Origin: an uncultured virus (IMG/VR IMGVR_UViG_3300029288_000094)
Taxonomy: Duplodnaviria > Heunggongvirae > Uroviricota > Caudoviricetes
Direction: 5' to 3' (one strand)
DNA: 54,659 nt
IMG/VR virus record: IMGVR_UViG_3300029288_000094
Shown here: positions 30,811-41,781 of the stretch, piece after piece
How the letters are laid out: the number at the start of each line of letters is the position of its first letter
Position numbering within the stretch: the first letter of the stretch is position 1
Made by a program: the position numbers and the translations under genes
Notes under the pieces: model-generated
Told to the model about the DNA's origin: nothing
The model's database searches: none
What the model saw: only the letters and a program-made list of their open reading frames with translations

Positions 30811-31725
30811 CTACTTTTTTAAAGTTTTACTTCTTGGTTTACCTTTTTTAGCTAAACCTATCTTTTGTTTATGTTCTTCTGATTTTGGTTTACCCTTGTT
30901 CCCTAAACTAATCTTCTTTCTTGTTTCTTCTGTTACAACATGTCCTTTATTTGCAATACTTATTTTCTTTCTAGTTTCTTCACTTAACTTTTTACCTAAG
31001 TTGGCTTCTCTCATTTTTTGTATATGACTTTCACTTAACTTTTTTCCTGTCTTAGCTTCTCTTATTTTTTGTCTGGTCTCCTCACTTAAAACTTTACCTT
31101 TGTTGAACTCACTTACTTTTCTTTTAGCTTCTTCAGTGTGGTGTCTACCTTTCATAAAGGAAGTTCTTCCTTTACTTGCTTCCCCAATTTTTCTTTTAGT
31201 TTCCTCACTCATGGGAGGTCTACGTTTAGCACTCTCACTTAGCTTTTTCCTAGTCTCTTCACTTATATTTTGTTTAGCTTTACTTATCTTTCTTCTTGTT
31301 TCTTCACTTGCCTTCCTACCTTTGTTAGAGTTTCTTATTTTTTCCCTAGTCTTTTTTGTGACAATGTGTCCCCTACTTTTCTCACCAATCTTCTTTCTTG
31401 TTTCCTCAGATGCTTTTACTCCTAACATTGTTATTACACATTCTTTTTTTATATTATAAATTAAATAATTTTCTCTGTAATAGTCTACCCAATACTGTTC
31501 CCTCTCTATTAACTTTTCTACTTCACATTTTTCAATAACAGAAAATTTAAAATATTTTCTTCCATGTTTGTTATAACTATGCTGTAAATATCTGTTAGGG
31601 TGCTTATTATTTTTCAGTATTGCAAAATGTTGTCTTTTTCTTTTTCTCATATCAAAAGTGCTTCCTATATACACCCTACCGTTTACCATGTTCTCAATCT
31701 TGTAAATTCCACTTACTTTCTCCAT
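30811..31725 (-). CDS. GIY-YIG homing endonuclease with NUMOD3-type repeats
   Basis: SGIYKIEN...[14 protein letters not shown] repeats. Confidence 0.92.
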   Translation of the reverse strand: MEKVSGIYKIENMVNGRVYIGSTFDMRKRKRQHFAILKNNKHPNRYLQHSYNKHGRKYFKFSVIEKCEVEKLIEREQYWVDYYRENYLIYNIKKECVITMLGVKASEETRKKIGEKSRGHIVTKKTREKIRNSNKGRKASEETRRKISKAKQNISEETRKKLSESAKRRPPMSEETKRKIGEASKGRTSFMKGRHHTEEAKRKVSEFNKGKVLSEETRQKIREAKTGKKLSESHIQKMREANLGKKLSEETRKKISIANKGHVVTEETRKKISLGNKGKPKSEEHKQKIGLAKKGKPRSKTLKK

Positions 31726-31778
31726 AACCTGTCTCCTTGATAATTAATTAAGTAGCTAAAAAAGACCTACCTAATATA

Positions 31779-31806
31779 TTATCGACAAGTTTTGGAAAAA
31801 TCTTTA
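31779..31806 (-). promoter_or_regulatory. Sigma28-like phage promoter
   Basis: TAAAgatttttccaaaacttGTCGATAA upstream of GIY-YIG. Confidence 0.75.
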
Positions 31807-31807
31807 A

Positions 31808-32050
31808 TTATTTTTTATAATTACTTCCTTTTTCTATAGTTTCTTTCACTTTTATAATAAATTCTTCTTTACAAAATACATCCTTCTCTGTTCCTATTCT
31901 ATCTTTTAATTGACAAGGTACTATTCTACAATCATCTTGCACCATATTTTCCCAATCATGGGGTTCTTTATGTTCACAATAATCAACTGGACATTCCTTA
32001 TAGGGTTCACATATTATCATAATATAACCTCTATCGAAATGGGGGAGCAT
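31808..32050 (-). CDS. Cys/His-rich microprotein (family member; likely start at MIICEP)
   Basis: ICEPYKEC...CEHKEPH...CKEEFIIKVKETI. Confidence 0.78.
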   Translation of the reverse strand: MLPHFDRGYIMIICEPYKECPVDYCEHKEPHDWENMVQDDCRIVPCQLKDRIGTEKDVFCKEEFIIKVKETIEKGSNYKK

Positions 32051-32068
32051 TTCTGCTCCCTTTGAAGA

Positions 32069-32905
32069 TCAGAAGTAATTTTTCAGTCGTTCAGAAAGTT
32101 CCTTTGCGTCAGTCTTCACTGTTTTCCTGATAATACCTTCCTCTTTCAAATCATCCACAGAAAAGTAACATAGTTTAATCATACATTCTTTTCCAATAGC
32201 CTCAATATCAGGATTATCTAATACATTTAATTTTGGAATCAATTCACACATAGACTTAATGTTGTTTACAGTGCTTTCAAACACTCTTCCATCACCTTCC
32301 AATACCTCATGAAGATGGGATACTACAGTGTATAATCTTCTTGCAAGTTCCTTTACTGCATTTTCAATCCTTTCATTAACTTCCTTCTCAATCTCTCCTC
32401 TGATTTTATTTACTTCATTTGTTTCAAGGTTAAGAAACAAGTTATCACCAGAAGGAACAGGTTCAAAGTTAATGGTAACTCTATATTTACTCCTTAACTC
32501 TTCTTTTGATGGATAATCTTTAATGTTGAATAAATCACCTAACTTTTCCCTGTCTTTCTCAATAAGAGTTTCTAAGTTTTCTGCTAAGTTTTCCACTTTA
32601 GCAGAAATTGCATCTTTATACTTGCCCATTTCCTGAACATAATTAAAGTAGTTATTATTCACAAGTAAACTTCTACCATTCCTATCATAAGGTAGAGTGT
32701 TTTCATTGTGAAACTTTCTTGCTCTACCTATTGCAGATTGTATTTCTTCCACATGGTTAGCAAGTATCTTTTTGTAGAAATCTCCAGACTTCTTTTTCAA
32801 GTTATAATCTGAATGAATTTTAGCCGTCGCTTTAATGTCCCTAATTTTTCCTGTAAAATATGGGGATGAAAAGGAACAGAGTAAACACTTCTCTTGAATA
32901 CTCAT
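32069..32905 (-). CDS. Helical protein associated with the AAA/VWA module (DUF3150-like)
   Basis: H...TLPYD...LL, GDLFNIKDYPS.EELRSKY, LIPKLNV; located between AAA and VWA genes. Confidence 0.55.
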   Translation of the reverse strand: MSIQEKCLLCSFSSPYFTGKIRDIKATAKIHSDYNLKKKSGDFYKKILANHVEEIQSAIGRARKFHNENTLPYDRNGRSLLVNNNYFNYVQEMGKYKDAISAKVENLAENLETLIEKDREKLGDLFNIKDYPSKEELRSKYRVTINFEPVPSGDNLFLNLETNEVNKIRGEIEKEVNERIENAVKELARRLYTVVSHLHEVLEGDGRVFESTVNNIKSMCELIPKLNVLDNPDIEAIGKECMIKLCYFSVDDLKEEGIIRKTVKTDAKELSERLKNYF

Positions 32906-33584
32906 TTAATACCTCCTTAATCTTCTGATATATTTACATTATCTAAATTTCCATTAATAGTATCTTCTGCTTTTTTAAATATAAAATCCTGCATGGAATT
33001 TGAATCTTCTGAAATGAAAGTTACAATAAATCCTTCCTCTTCTACCCAAATTGCTTGGCTAAAATCTTCAAAATTAGAATTTTCTTTACAATATTTGTAG
33101 ATATTTGGAAACCTTTCTTCTAATTCCTCTTCCTCATAAATTTCAATTTCATAGTCTTTCATTTTACTTTACCTCCCTTGCTTTTAAATATTCATTAAAG
33201 AGAAATACAATGTATCCTAATAAAGGATCATTTCTTTTACCCTTAAATGTACTTCTAACATCATGAATTACTTCTTCTATCATTTCCTTTACTTCTTCTT
33301 TGCTCATTTTACTTTACCTCCTAATATATTTTTTATTTCTACTAAACATTTAGCAGTTTTAGCCCATTCTCCATTATCTTTATAGAGGAAGTCTACATTC
33401 TTTACTGCCCATTTTCTAAAACTTTCCTCTTGCACAAACTTAGGATTACTATCAATAATTTGTGCAATCAAGATTGTTTGTGCTATTTGTGGTAGTTCCT
33501 CAATATCTTGAAACCATTTATCTAACCTTTCCATTATAACCTCCTTAATATTTTACTTTAACTATGCTCTGTAAGTTATTGAAA

Positions 33585-34610
33585 TTAAAGGAGAATTATG
33601 TCCTTATGAGAAATGCACCACTGGGTAAAGAGAGCACTTGAGGAATCACTTAAAGAAGGATTTTTGCTAACACAGTCCTTGACTAATAGAACAGAAAACT
33701 CGTTCTCCAGTCTGTTAGCAAACTTGAGAATGTTATCAAAGTTTTCCTTTTTAGCTCTACCAATAAGAGAGGAAATCAATGCAAACTTAATGTCAGGTTT
33801 TGTGGGAATCTTTGCTTTCTCTGGATTAGCAATCACCCACTCAGGGTCAGGAAGTTCTCTGCATATTGTAAGGAAATGACATATCTCACTTGCTACTCCT
33901 TCTCCTACCCTGCCCATAAATACTTCAAATTCAAGATTCTTAGGCAATCCTTTAAGCATCTGAATCCCACACGATGCTATATTCCTTGGTGTAGGTGAAT
34001 TGCTCATATCCTTACTTGGTTTGAATTCATACAGTACAGACCTTCCTTCATACTTTCGCCAATTAACAAAGGCTATTAGTTCTTCTGGAAGTCCTTTACT
34101 TCTTGCCCATTTAAACCAATCTTCCTCATCAGGTGTTAAGTGGATGATTGTAGTTCTTCCTTTTAGTGGTTCCAGTATTCCCTGCACACCTGCCTGATCT
34201 TCCCTGCGGTTTGTGGCTGCAAGGATAACCACGTTATCCGATAGTATGTGTCCGTTAATGCGTCTTGCAAGGAACAATTGCATAGCTGCTGCTTGGACAG
34301 ACTGTGGAGCCTGTCCTAAGTCATCTAAAAAGAATACTGTTAATTCTTTTGCTGTAACTAACTCATACAAGTCATTGAATGGAAGGAACTTTGCTATCTG
34401 TTCACCATTTTCTGTAACAAGTGCAGGAATTCCTTTCAAGTCTGTGGGGTCGGAAGTTACAGGATGGGAAACTATCAACCTTGCTTTTAAATCCTGACAG
34501 ACTTGTTCAATAATATCTGTCTTCCCAATTCCTGGAGTACCTACTACTAATACTGGTTCCCTGTTTGTTATAGCAAATCTAAGATAGGAAAAAATTTCTG
34601 ATGGTTTCAA
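33585..34610 (-). CDS. AAA+ ATPase (MoxR/dynein-related)
   Basis: GTPGIGKT, DPTDLKGIP, FFLDDL, LAATNR, PTPR. Confidence 0.9.
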   Translation of the reverse strand: MKPSEIFSYLRFAITNREPVLVVGTPGIGKTDIIEQVCQDLKARLIVSHPVTSDPTDLKGIPALVTENGEQIAKFLPFNDLYELVTAKELTVFFLDDLGQAPQSVQAAAMQLFLARRINGHILSDNVVILAATNRREDQAGVQGILEPLKGRTTIIHLTPDEEDWFKWARSKGLPEELIAFVNWRKYEGRSVLYEFKPSKDMSNSPTPRNIASCGIQMLKGLPKNLEFEVFMGRVGEGVASEICHFLTICRELPDPEWVIANPEKAKIPTKPDIKFALISSLIGRAKKENFDNILKFANRLENEFSVLLVKDCVSKNPSLSDSSSALFTQWCISHKDIILL

Positions 34611-35002
34611 ATTAATACCTCCTTTTATTTTATTATATTTTTACCACCAATTTAATACTCTTCCAACTAGAGGAAGCATTAAAGAAAACCCTATTAAAGC
34701 AGTAATAATATCTGTTATTCCATAAGGTTTTTTTACTGTTCCTTTTCCAGCATGATAGAAATTCATAGCAACTGAAAACATCCAAAGACCTAATATCCCA
34801 TAAGCATAGTAATTCATTCTACACCCCCAAAGTATTTATTTCTTTCAAAAATTCTCTTTCTTTTTCCATTGCTCTTTTTTCTTGTCTTGTTGGAATATGC
34901 ATTTTCTTTTCATAACTACACATCCAACAACTGCATGGTACTTTTGTTTTCCTAAACAGTTTTAATGTTCTTTGTTTCCACTCTTCAAACATTCTTTTAT
35001 CT

Positions 35003-35266
35003 CTATAATACCATCTTCTTTCCATAATCTTTACTAACCTTCTTGCTACTCTCTTTCCTTCTGAGAGTCCTCTGAATGTCATTCTTTCCCTCCTCTTCTA
35101 AAGTTTTTCTTACTAAATACTCAAACTCTGTAAAGGATTTCCTATCGGTCTTTTTAGCGGTAGAACATTCATGCATCCACCCTGTATGGTCTACACCGGA
35201 AACCCCTATACAGGACAATCCTTTTCTCCTACATTCAAATACATAAGAACAATAGTATTTTGCCAT
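35003..35266 (-). CDS. Cys-rich microprotein (family member)
   Basis: YCSYVFEC...TEFEYLVRKTL. Confidence 0.7.
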   Translation of the reverse strand: MAKYYCSYVFECRRKGLSCIGVSGVDHTGWMHECSTAKKTDRKSFTEFEYLVRKTLEEEGKNDIQRTLRRKESSKKVSKDYGKKMVL

Positions 35267-35277
35267 GTGAGATTATT

Positions 35278-35307
35278 ATTTTACACTATTTTATCGTTAA
35301 ATGTCAA
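35278..35307 (-). promoter_or_regulatory. Sigma70-type promoter TTGACA-N18-TAAAAT
   Basis: Intergenic, directly upstream of 35003..35266. Confidence 0.55.
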
Positions 35308-35354
35308 TATATTTTTTTCTCTTTAAATATCAATAATTTACATTTCTGGTATAA

Positions 35355-35597
35355 TTACTGCATAGCATTCTTTTTATGCTTTTTATCGTGTTTTTTAATA
35401 GTATCTTTTACAAGTTTAACAAATATAGGTTCACATTGTATGGTTTTAATTATCTTTTTATAGTTATCAAAGGAAAGTATTTTTTCCAATCTTTGACAAT
35501 AAAAATCTTCACATTCTTTTGTCTTTGTATGTTCCTCTCTATGTATACAATTTGAATAATTTTTACATATATCAATTAGATTACAAATGACTTTCAC
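35355..35597 (-). CDS. Cys/His-rich microprotein (family member)
   Basis: ICNLIDIC...CIHREEH...CEPIFVKLVKDTI. Confidence 0.8.
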   Translation of the reverse strand: MKVICNLIDICKNYSNCIHREEHTKTKECEDFYCQRLEKILSFDNYKKIIKTIQCEPIFVKLVKDTIKKHDKKHKKNAMQ

Positions 35598-37171
35598 GCA
35601 ATACCTTCCTTTTTACAATTACATAAATCTGATTCCCAAGTACCAAAAAGATATTCTTTATCTTCCCAATTACCCTCATCCACAGTTATATTCTTTCCTC
35701 TTGAATACACTTTAGCTTTAGGATTGATTTTAAATAACTCTTCAAAAAAGTATCCATGAACGTGCCAACAAGCCCAACGGAAATTGGATTGTTTGGTTAA
35801 ATACTCTGGTTCCTCTGGTATTCCATTAGCTCTCTTTACAGAGTTAATAAATTCATCATATTTCTTGTTTGGATATTTCCTTGGATAACCAAGAGTATGT
35901 CCAGGTTCCTTATTAGAAATAGTTTTCAATCTGAAATGCAGTTTTCCATTTCTTCTTTCCATTATAAAGAAGTCTACATTATTATCGAATCTTTTATTTA
36001 CTTCTCCTAAAGCTTTCCACATTTCATTTTCATTAACTCTAGTTACATACATTTTACACACTCCTCTCTTGTGCATAGAACATGGACATCTGTTCTATCT
36101 AAAACTACCAAATTAGGATTTAATATACTATATCTGCAATCATGCTCTTCATCCTTGCAGATTCCTGAAACCATAACCGAACAAGTTTCCTCTTTCTTAT
36201 TTCGATATAGTATCTTTACCATCTGATTTCTCCTTAGAAATTGGACAATGATTCCTTGTACAAGGTTTAGATTCAGAATATTCTTCATACCAACAAAATC
36301 TTTGTGGGTCTTTATAAGGACAATATTCTTCTAGTACTATAATATCCCAAGGCTCATCCATTCTTCTTCTCCTTATTAAGGATTTCTAAAAGTGTTTCAT
36401 ATGCTCTCCACATAATAGGTATCTGTATATTTCCCATACTGACATTCCTCCCATAATTCCACTTGTGTACTCTGCCGTGATAGCCCATATTTTTGTGGAT
36501 TTACTGTTAGTCATCATTTACCTCCAATGCTTCCAGGTCATCATCGTCCACATCTTCAACATCAAAAGGACTCTCAATTATGCTACGTTTATTTAGCTTA
36601 AATAACCTTGTCAAAGGAATGATGGAGGTGTCAATGTCATCATAGAAATTATCTTCCATTACTCTTCTCCTTTACTATCATTTTATTTGATAATCATCTT
36701 TACTTACATCTGCTACATATTCACCAAGCTCAAATCTCTTTACTTCAATGTGTAGGATTGACATAACACGCTTAAGTTCTCTTGCCTTAGTTCTCTCATC
36801 CCATTCCATAATCGGACATCCCTTCTTGTCATAGAAACCATAAGTTCCCATACCACTTATAAATGTCCATCCCCTTTTCTTACAGATTGGGAGTACTACC
36901 TTTTCCCTAACTATAGAAGCTATTTCCTCTATCGTAGATTCAAACTGGGTTTCAGCACTATCAACCTTTTCTTGGATTACTGTTACAAATAGCTTACTCA
37001 TTATATCCTCCTTTGGTAATCTCTCCTTTTATAATGTCATTAACAAATTCTACAACCTTTAAACAAGCAGTAATTGATATTCCACAATCATTTCCATAAC
37101 AATTGTTTTCATGTTCAAGTATTAACTTTTCTATTGACTCTATTCCTTCCTGCAATCTTGCTTTTAAATGT

Positions 37172-37363
37172 TCATCCATTTACTTTCTCCCTTAAAGTAT
37201 TATTTATTAGATATTGAAACTCTGTTTTATTGTAACTACACTCTTTTCCTGTTAAAAAGCAAATTTCATTATAATTTATTGTTTTAGTGGAACAATCATG
37301 TTTTCTTGCGCTTTTAGTAAGTTTTTCACAATCAAAGATACGGGTACAATAGTATCTTTCCAT
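37172..37363 (-). CDS. Cys-rich microprotein (family member)
   Basis: YCTRIFDC...TEFQYLINNTL. Confidence 0.7.
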   Translation of the reverse strand: MERYYCTRIFDCEKLTKSARKHDCSTKTINYNEICFLTGKECSYNKTEFQYLINNTLREKVNG

Positions 37364-37680
37364 GTTCTCTCCTTTAATTTATTTAACAAATCCATACGGT
37401 GCATATAAGAAATTCCCTGCCGATCACAGCACTAAGCATCTTTCCATTCTCTAACGGTATGTTATAGCAAATCTTTGAGACTCTATTTGAATATTGATTG
37501 ATAACTTTGTAATATTCAAATACATTCTTTACTTCCAATTTACCTTTAATTAAGTCTATCACATTGTTTCCCAATCTCTTTCTCATACGCATCCTTGCAT
37601 GATAGGAGATTGTCAATGGATATTTGTTAAAGTATCTAGTTAATCGTGATAGTTCCTTATAATCTGTAGACTCAACTCCA

Positions 37681-37896
37681 TTAGGGCATTTGATGTGGAT
37701 TATCATTTATTCTCTCCCTAACTTTTGATAGAAATGTATCCTCACATATATAATCGTACTTTATAAATTTAATATCTTGACATGGAATTTTAGTGCAATC
37801 AAATTCCCCTTCATATTTATCAGCAATATGTTCCTCTATATGTTTACAAGTTTTACCCTCTTTTATACAAGTTTTATAATTTTGACATCTTACCAT
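37681..37896 (-). CDS. Cys/His-rich microprotein (family member)
   Basis: RCQNYKTC...CKHIEEH...CEDTFLSKVRERI. Confidence 0.78.
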   Translation of the reverse strand: MVRCQNYKTCIKEGKTCKHIEEHIADKYEGEFDCTKIPCQDIKFIKYDYICEDTFLSKVRERINDNPHQMP

Positions 37897-39525
37897 AGTT
37901 CTCCTTGTTTATAACTTTCTGTAGTCCTTACCCATCCAATTTTAGGCAAGAATACCAAATTCCCCCCAAACTTACTCTCTGCAAATAGTTTAGGAGATTT
38001 ATAACACTTATCGCATTTCTTCTTTAATTCCTCTTCACATTTTTTGCATTTCATGTTTTTCTATTTTCTCCTTCATTTTTAAGATAAAGAAGTCTTCCTT
38101 CATAGATACAAGATGCAAGTCATTTTCTGTTATAGTATCATAGCGATATAATCCAAATTTTACTTTTATTCTTATTTTCCCAGGAGTTCTTTTCCAAGTT
38201 TTAGGATTAGATGTTAATTTCCAACGCTGGGGAGTTCCATCTGCATTTTTATTCTTTACATGATAAAGTATCTCTCCTTGTTTTAAGTTTTTGGCTTGTT
38301 GTAAACTTATCATAATTCACTCTCCTTTAGTATATTTTTCCATTTTTCAAGAATTCATAGTCATTACATTCTATACTTTCCTTAATACATTCATCACTTG
38401 TAAGGTATTCAAATTCATTTTTAAGTATTTTAAAATATTCATGAAGAATATCTTTAAGGAACTCTTCTGAAATTTCCTCAAGTTTATCTTCATCCAACTC
38501 TTCTGTAAATTTCTCCATCATTTCAATAGGTATAATATCATCAAGATATTTCTTTGCTAACTTATAAGTATTACAGTCTTTCCCATGTTCCTTAATGATA
38601 CTCTCTGCTGTATCTTTTGCAGAATATATAAACTTTCCTGTAATATCTCTTCCTCTATCTAAATCAAATCCAGTAATTTCTATTCCAACACTCTCTGCAT
38701 CCTCATAAGTATTTTCCCACCAGTCTATATATTCCACATTAAAGTATCGAAAATGTTCTAATACTTCTTCCTTTACTTCATCAGATAATTCCTCAAACTT
38801 ATACACTTCATACTCTACTGTTTCCTTTCTCATGATCAAACCTCCAGTAATTTTAATGAATTGGAATCTCTATTACTTATAAATCACATTTGTAAAAATA
38901 TCCCAAAACCAGTCTGAGGAAATCAGGAACATCAGTCCTATAATAACTCCCCATATAGGAATTGAGAATAGAATTGCAATAATCACTCCTTTAATTGCAT
39001 TCATAGCTTTCCTCCTAAGAATGTGCATACCCATCCTTTTCAATACCGATAAAGATATAACCGAAGTTGAGGAACAATACATCATCAATAAAGTACCTCT
39101 CTTTTGGAAGCTTTCCTTGATGCCTACAAACTCTTTTATAACTCTTTAATTGTTCCTTAGTAGCTTTTTTCATTTTTTGTCCTCCGATATCATAAGTACA
39201 GAACTGATAGGAATTCTAACTTTCTTGTACTCTGTTCCTTCTACTGAAGTATTCTCTACAACAATATGAGGAAATATCCAATCACTTGTAAAAATTTCAT
39301 CTGTTAATACACTTTTTCCATTTTTAAGAAATATTCTGTATTTCATGCTCCAATCTCCTTTTCTCTTTTATCCATTCTGTCCAAGAATATAGCTATGTTT
39401 AACTCTTGGAGAAATTCATGTGAGATAAGCATAGCTCCATCATGTTTCTTTAAATCATCCATAGCTTTCTTATTTTCCTTTTCTATTACTTCTGTTTGCA
39501 TTTAATATCACCTCCTTTCTACCCC

Positions 39526-39558
39526 AAAACCCCTCAACCCAGGAAAGGGAAGAGGGGT
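39526..39558 (-). terminator. Hairpin with UUUCCU loop and U-tract (copy A)
   Basis: CCCCTC-TT-CCC-TTTCCT-GGG-TT-GAGGGG-TTTT. Confidence 0.6.
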
Positions 39559-40432
39559 ATGGTTTTAGAATCCTCCCACTTTAACTATAGCTTATTGCTG
39601 TGGTCTTGGACACCCCTGCTCATCCATAGCGTGGTATTAACGGATTCTATAAAATTACTGAATCTTTTCCATCTTTACAATCTGTCCTGTGGAGATAATC
39701 CTTGCGTAATCCTGAGAACGGGAATCTTTAAGCCACTCCATCTTATACATCCTATCATTCCATGTTCCAACAAACTCATTAATCTTTCTCATTTTACTTC
39801 CTCCTTATTATTTTATTATTTAGTCTATTTGCAAATCATCAACATCTTCCTCATCAAGTGTTATGGAAGAAATATCTTCTTCTGTCATACATAAATCATC
39901 CATTTCTAAATTATTGAATACTTCCACAGCCTTTTCTTTTATTTCCTTTGGTGTTGCATTGTCTTTTACTGTAATTGTTATCCCATGTTGAAATTCTACT
40001 TCCCATACTTTTGCCATGATTACTCTCCTCTTTATCCTGCAATCAATACAGGAAATTGTGGTGTCTTTAAATTCCCAAACTCAAAGCACTCTAAGAAGAA
40101 TAGTCCAGTCTCCCATCTGAAAGTAATACTCCATTGCTTGCCTGTTTTCTTGTATAATCTTTCCTGCTCCAATTTTGCCTCTTCCCAAGTTCCATACATA
40201 ATCGAATTACCTCCTTTACTTTATTTTCTCTAATTCATACTCTAATTTTGGGATATTAGAATAGCATCCCCAAATTTCTCCATACTCCCCATCTAACACT
40301 TCTACAAAGAGACATCCAAAAGATAGAGGATTTACTCCACAAGATACAGAAATTTGTTCTATGTCTTGGGAATCAGTAACGAGAATAAATCTATCATCCA
40401 TTTCTTTTACTTTCATTTTTCTCACCTCCTTA

Positions 40433-41137
40433 TTATTTTATTTTGTTTTGTGCATCTCTTCTTTTTTCTGTCCAAGGATGTTTGTGTTTTTCTACCATTT
40501 TGTTTTTATATTCTTCATTTTCCCATTTCTTTTTTCCAGAATCACTTAATTTTTTTCTTGTTTCTTTTGAATGTGTTTTTCCCTTTAGCCATGACTTTCT
40601 TCCCCTTCCAGCTTCTCTAAGTTTTTGTTTATGCTCCTCACTAAGTTTTTTACCTTTATTACTTTCACTTATTTTTCTTTTGCTTTCCTCACTTAATTTT
40701 TTCCCTTTTCTTGGTGAAACTCTTCCTTTTAAGGAACCACTTATTTTTTCTTTAGTTTCCTTAGACAAAGGTTCCCTTTTTCTATTTTTTTGTATATTAC
40801 TTATTTTCTTTTTAAATTCTTTACTATGTTTAACTCCTCTACAAGTCCTAACATCATTTCTAACATTATAAACTTTGCTATTTGCTTTAAAGAATTCATA
40901 CCAATATTGTTCTCTTTCCTCAAGTTTATCTTTAGTACATTCTTCAATAATGGAAAATTTAAACGCTTCCTTCCCATACTTGTTATAACTATTTTGAAGA
41001 TAGGAATTATGGTGTTTCCTATGTTTTAATGAATGTTTATGTATAGACCACCTTGATTCCATATTCACTGAACTCCCAACATAAACTCTTCCAGTAACCA
41101 AATTTTTAATCATGTAAATCCCACTTACTTTTTCCAT
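40433..41137 (-). CDS. GIY-YIG homing endonuclease with NUMOD3-type repeats
   Basis: SGIYMIKN...VYVGSS; nuclease domain very similar to 28529..29548. Confidence 0.92.
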   Translation of the reverse strand: MEKVSGIYMIKNLVTGRVYVGSSVNMESRWSIHKHSLKHRKHHNSYLQNSYNKYGKEAFKFSIIEECTKDKLEEREQYWYEFFKANSKVYNVRNDVRTCRGVKHSKEFKKKISNIQKNRKREPLSKETKEKISGSLKGRVSPRKGKKLSEESKRKISESNKGKKLSEEHKQKLREAGRGRKSWLKGKTHSKETRKKLSDSGKKKWENEEYKNKMVEKHKHPWTEKRRDAQNKIK

Positions 41138-41180
41138 AACCTGTCTCCTTTATAATAAGTATAAATAAATACCTATTATA

Positions 41181-41208
41181 TTATCGACAAGTTACGCCAA
41201 AATCTTTA
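41181..41208 (-). promoter_or_regulatory. Sigma28-like phage promoter
   Basis: TAAAgattttggcgtaacttGTCGATAA upstream of GIY-YIG. Confidence 0.75.
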
Positions 41209-41343
41209 ATTTAATATAAAGTAACTTTTCCTTGTGTTATCCATCTTTTCGATGTCTTATCAAGTTTATTCATATCCAAAGCAAGAAGCATACTTCTATC
41301 CCAATACTTCACAAGCGATAAATCTTTACGAGAAATTCTTTCT

Positions 41344-41595
41344 TTACTCTCTTTTTCCACTGGTCTGCAATATATCCTTTTCATTCTCTATTTCACCTCC
41401 TTTCTCTATATATTTATATACTTGCAATTCAAAATAACTTACAAGTTTTACCAACACATAATCACAAGGAAATTTTCTATTTTTTCCTCTAAAATCTAGT
41501 ATATCCCCCTGTTTATATAAGGAGGATTTAGTTCTTCCTTTAAAATAACAATCTGGGAGATTGCATTTATGGGACATATGGCAATATAGTTTCAT
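41344..41595 (-). CDS. Cys-rich microprotein (family member)
   Basis: YCHMSHKC...SYFELQVYKYI. Confidence 0.65.
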   Translation of the reverse strand: MKLYCHMSHKCNLPDCYFKGRTKSSLYKQGDILDFRGKNRKFPCDYVLVKLVSYFELQVYKYIEKGGEIENEKDILQTSGKRE

Positions 41596-41746
41596 TTCCA
41601 GTAAATTCCTTTCTCAATAAGACAGCAAATAGATTTACTTATAGTTTTATTTATCCCATGTTTTCTCATAAAAGCATAAATCCTGCATGGACATACATAA
41701 TGCCTAATTCTATCCTTTATGGTAATTTTTAGTATCATTCTACGTC

Positions 41747-41781
41747 AAAAGCCATGCTCCCAGGAAAAGGAAGCATGGCTT
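41747..41781 (-). terminator. Hairpin with UUUCCU loop and U-tract (copy C)
   Basis: GCCATGCT-T-CCT-TTTCCT-GGG-AGCATGGC-TTTT. Confidence 0.6.

Noticed and set aside
28529..31725. DNA repeats within the GIY-YIG genes as a separate repeat element
   Set aside because: Fully explained by NUMOD3-type protein repeats.
3140..41029. Many plus-strand ORFs in the leftward arm (e.g. 3140, 3851, 15550, 31100, 33613, 40443)
   Set aside because: Antisense shadows of lysine/glutamate-rich minus-strand genes; Phe/Leu/Ser-rich with no motifs or RBS.
4113..41595. Diversity-generating retroelement behind microprotein variation
   Set aside because: No reverse transcriptase in the window and no near-identical repeat pair differing only at adenines.
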